Assembly (NCBI GenBank): GCA_010909165.1
Contig: MU008164.1
Span: 310,001-374,000, forward strand
DNA length: 64,000 nucleotides
Direction of reading: 5' to 3'
Source: Anthoceros angustus
Taxonomy: Eukaryota; Plantae; Anthocerotophyta
Shown: positions 61,308 to 64,000 of the stretch, one piece after another
Position numbering within the stretch: the stretch's first letter is position 1
Layout: every line of letters starts with the position of its first letter
Program-made: the position numbers and the translations under genes
The notes under the pieces: generated by a model
Told to the model about the DNA's origin: nothing
Seen by the model: only the letters and a program-made list of their open reading frames with translations
Database searches by the model: none

Positions 61308-62078
61308 TCATTTATCCGAGCAGACGACGTCAGAGTAGAAGCCGAGGACTGTTCTCCGAATGCAGTCCTGCACACTGAGGAGCTCCACATCGAACACCTC
61401 GAACTGCTTGGCGCTGAAGAAGGTGGAAGGCCCCACTGGCGGGCCGAGCTCGGGGGGCACCACTATCCTGCGCTTGCCTCCTGCGCGCATGCTGCTGATG
61501 CCTTCTTCGAACCCGGGGATCATGCCGTTGATGCCAATGCGAGTGCGCGCAGGCGTACCTTGCTGGTAGCTGCTGTCCACCTTGCGGCCGGACTCGTTGT
61601 AGCCCGTGTAGTGGAAGAGCACCTGCTGGCCCTTCTGCGGCGGATCCCCCTGCCCCGGCCGGATGTCCAGGTAGATGAGCCCCGACTCTGTGCTCACGTA
61701 CTCCGAGGTCACCACCACTTTCACCTCGAAGCCTTCCCGGATGAAGCCCGGAAACCCCTCCGGCGCATTGTTCAGCCTCTGCATCCTCCTGTTTTGCTCC
61801 AGCAGTCGATCCTCGTCGAATGGGCTGCTCACCGGCCTTGGCCGACGCCGCTGCTGCTCCTCCTCTGCCGCAGCAGCCCCTGCCATCTCCATCCCAGTCC
61901 CCATGCCTAGTCCCAGCCCCAGCCCTAGTCGCAGCAGTGCCATCCTCCTCCCTCCCTGCCTCGCCACTGCGGGCCTCGCCTCTTCTGACTTCCATTCAGC
62001 CCGCCCTGTCACTGCATTCCTCACACTCCTCAGTTGCAGCAGGCCCAGCTGCTTCTGCAGCAGCACAGGAGCTCCCAT
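61308..62078 (-). CDS. FKBP20-2: Thylakoid-lumen FKBP-type immunophilin FKBP20-2, intronless, 256 aa
   Basis: Transit peptide with an RR motif, DEDRLLEQNRRMQRLNNAP..FPGFIREGFEVKV, an FKBP domain, GPPVGPSTFFSAKQFEVFDVEL, and a C-terminal Cys pair. Confidence 0.9.
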   Translation of the reverse strand: MGAPVLLQKQLGLLQLRSVRNAVTGRAEWKSEEARPAVARQGGRRMALLRLGLGLGLGMGTGMEMAGAAAAEEEQQRRRPRPVSSPFDEDRLLEQNRRMQRLNNAPEGFPGFIREGFEVKVVVTSEYVSTESGLIYLDIRPGQGDPPQKGQQVLFHYTGYNESGRKVDSSYQQGTPARTRIGINGMIPGFEEGISSMRAGGKRRIVVPPELGPPVGPSTFFSAKQFEVFDVELLSVQDCIRRTVLGFYSDVVCSDK

Positions 62079-62346
62079 TCTCTTGGATGAAATGAACGGA
62101 CGAGCTTTTGCTGTGATTCCGGATAAAATAGATAGCTCTCAGCACCAACTCTTATCTGCCACAGTGATTCCAGTGCGATTCTGTAATTGTACATCCATTG
62201 TCATGTGGTTATGTCATTCATGCTTGCGTCCAGTCTGCTGGTGTCGAGGAGAATATCAAAACACGAGGCTCGTCCTTTGTGCATGGTTGCGGGCTGCGGG
62301 CTGCATCCAACAGAAAGTTGATGAAAATATCCCGGCATTGAAGTCC

Positions 62347-62360
62347 AGGGTTTAGGGTTT
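62347..62360 (-). promoter_or_regulatory. Telo-box-like AAACCCTAAACCCT ~270 bp upstream of FKBP20-2
   Basis: Plus strand reads AGGGTTTAGGGTTT. Confidence 0.3.
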
Positions 62361-62539
62361 ACATTGTAGTCCGTCGTGGTGGTGCTGAGGAATACACCGC
62401 ATCACGAGGCTTATATTTCAAGCATGGCTGCTGACTGCATCCACACTGTTGATGTTGAGGAAAAGATCCCGATACTGAAGTCCAAAGAAGGAAATCGTCA
62501 CGAAGGATTCTCACTAGGTGGAGAATGGTATTCTGATAT

Positions 62540-63343
62540 TCAAGAGGGAGAACTGGAATGGTAGAGAACTGATTCAGGATTCAGTTCAAGAGGGAGAACT
62601 GGAACCGGATCCAGTGTAACCCTGACTTCGGCTGAGGGAGAATCGGCAGATTCCGGTAGATCAGCCGAAGTCTCCTGATGTGATGCGATGCAGAGGGTGA
62701 GGGTGAGGGAGACGGAGACGGCCGCATCAGGAACGGGATACACCTGCTCCCGAGGCGTGACGAGCGAGGACCATGTCTCCCTGACCGCGGCCAAGGGCGC
62801 CTGCTCTCGAGCTAGGGCAGAGACATCTTGGATCTGGACGATCCAGGAGGATGCAAAGCTACGGAGAACGTGGCCGCGCAGCCCGAGCTGGATGGCGCGG
62901 CGGGGAAGCTTGGCGCCCATGGGATCATGGTCGGGATCCCACTGCAGCCGCACCTGGGAGGAGGCCACGGCCGCCTGCCAGGTCTCCCGGTCCCGGAAGC
63001 CCGCGGCCGGGTGGAACATGGAAGGCACTGCCTGCGCCAGAATCCAGTCGAAGGCGGCGCGGCGCAGCCGAATGGCCAGCACCATCTCCTGCCCGGGCTT
63101 GCTCCCCCAGCCACTGCGGTGCATCATCCACAGGAAGTTGGTCTTCACCCACGACATCCTCGTCAGGCTGAAGTGCTCCCCTCCCAGAAATCCGTGATCC
63201 AGGGCAAACCGCCCGATCTCTGGCCTGTACGCCTGGTACACTACTACCGTGTCATCGTCGAAGTGCGCCAGGATGTGGCGCCCGAATAGCGGCCACCTCT
63301 CCATCTGGGACACGTATCTTTCCATCTCCAATTTGAACTCCAT
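62540..63343 (-). CDS. DUF4291 domain protein, apparently intronless, 267 aa
   Basis: VVVYQAYRPEIG, FSLTRMSWVKTNFLWMMHRSGWGSKPGQE, VRLQWDPDHDP.G..LPRRAIQLGLRG, W.V.I.DVS and TPREQVYP are motifs I recognise from DUF4291. Confidence 0.88.
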   Translation of the reverse strand: MEFKLEMERYVSQMERWPLFGRHILAHFDDDTVVVYQAYRPEIGRFALDHGFLGGEHFSLTRMSWVKTNFLWMMHRSGWGSKPGQEMVLAIRLRRAAFDWILAQAVPSMFHPAAGFRDRETWQAAVASSQVRLQWDPDHDPMGAKLPRRAIQLGLRGHVLRSFASSWIVQIQDVSALAREQAPLAAVRETWSSLVTPREQVYPVPDAAVSVSLTLTLCIASHQETSADLPESADSPSAEVRVTLDPVPVLPLELNPESVLYHSSSPS

Positions 63344-64000
63344 CTCAATGGCGGAGTTTTTCCCGGTGAGGTCTTCATTTTATTCAGGCAGGGTAAGGCA
63401 GTTCGAGCACAGCGCGATTCCATGCTTGAGTGCGTAGTAAGCTTGGAAAAGTCCTATACCTAAACGTTGTTTGAGAGTAGATCTAGGTCATATAGGGTCC
63501 AGGCTCTCCCAGTTGAAGACCGAACGTAGAAAACGGGAAACGGGACTGTGGCGTTTGAGCGAGATGGTTTTTTTGTAATGGGAGACCTAATCAAGAACGA
63601 CGAACAGGTTTGTGCGCGCACGGTCTCGCGGGCGTCGACGGCAATTTAACCCTAAACGACAACCCCTATGTTCCGAGAAATTCAAGCATTGTAGTTTCTA
63701 TTTGTTTTTGTAAATATTATGGTCAGATATTAAGGGTAGTGCCAAGCAGCTCTTTGTGGGCTTTCCAATAAGCCTATGGTTGCCTTCAAAAGAGTAGAAT
63801 ACCTCCTCGGAGTTTCGGTCGATATATCCCTCTTAGTGCTCTTTTGAAGTGTTCTAGGTGCGGCTCAAGTGCAAAACACGACTGGAGATGTAAGAGGATT
63901 ACTGCTAATCACCACCAAAAAACCAAGGAAAATTGTTCGATAGCTCATCAGATGCACCAAGAGAAACGACGGGGCCCTTCACAAAATGGACCCGCCATGG

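Noticed and set aside
61330-63289. Alternative-frame and antisense ORFs over FKBP20-2 and DUF4291
   Set aside because: These are shadow ORFs of GC-rich coding sequence.
1-64000. tRNA or rRNA genes
   Set aside because: None recognised by eye; only a tRNA-Met primer-binding site at 7157-7168. A covariance-model scan would be needed to exclude small ncRNAs.

Overview
Eukaryotic, land-plant nuclear DNA. Short GT-AG introns and plant-type RPL4, CTF18 and FKBP20-2 suggest a compact-genome non-seed plant such as a hornwort or lycophyte; the taxon is an inference. The window has two parts. Bases 1-54.2 kb are a transposon and repeat island: Ty1/copia remnants, two decayed CACTA (En/Spm) Tnp2 elements in opposite orientations, a ~87-bp satellite, (CAAGT)n tracts, a tandem array of acireductone dioxygenase (ARD/ADI1)-like gene copies, and a probable Helitron 3' end beside a 5'-truncated spliced gene and an internally deleted and inverted omega-3 desaturase gene. 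Bases 54.5-63.4 kb are a clean gene-dense block: RPL4 (+), CTF18 (+), intronless FKBP20-2 (-) and an intronless bacterial-type DUF4291 gene (-). The island is full of small deletions that differ between repeat copies, which looks like unpolished long-read sequence, so frameshifts and copy numbers there may be partly artefactual. Most GC-rich ORFs in the supplied track are spurious. All protein family calls come from motif recognition by eye; no database search was run.
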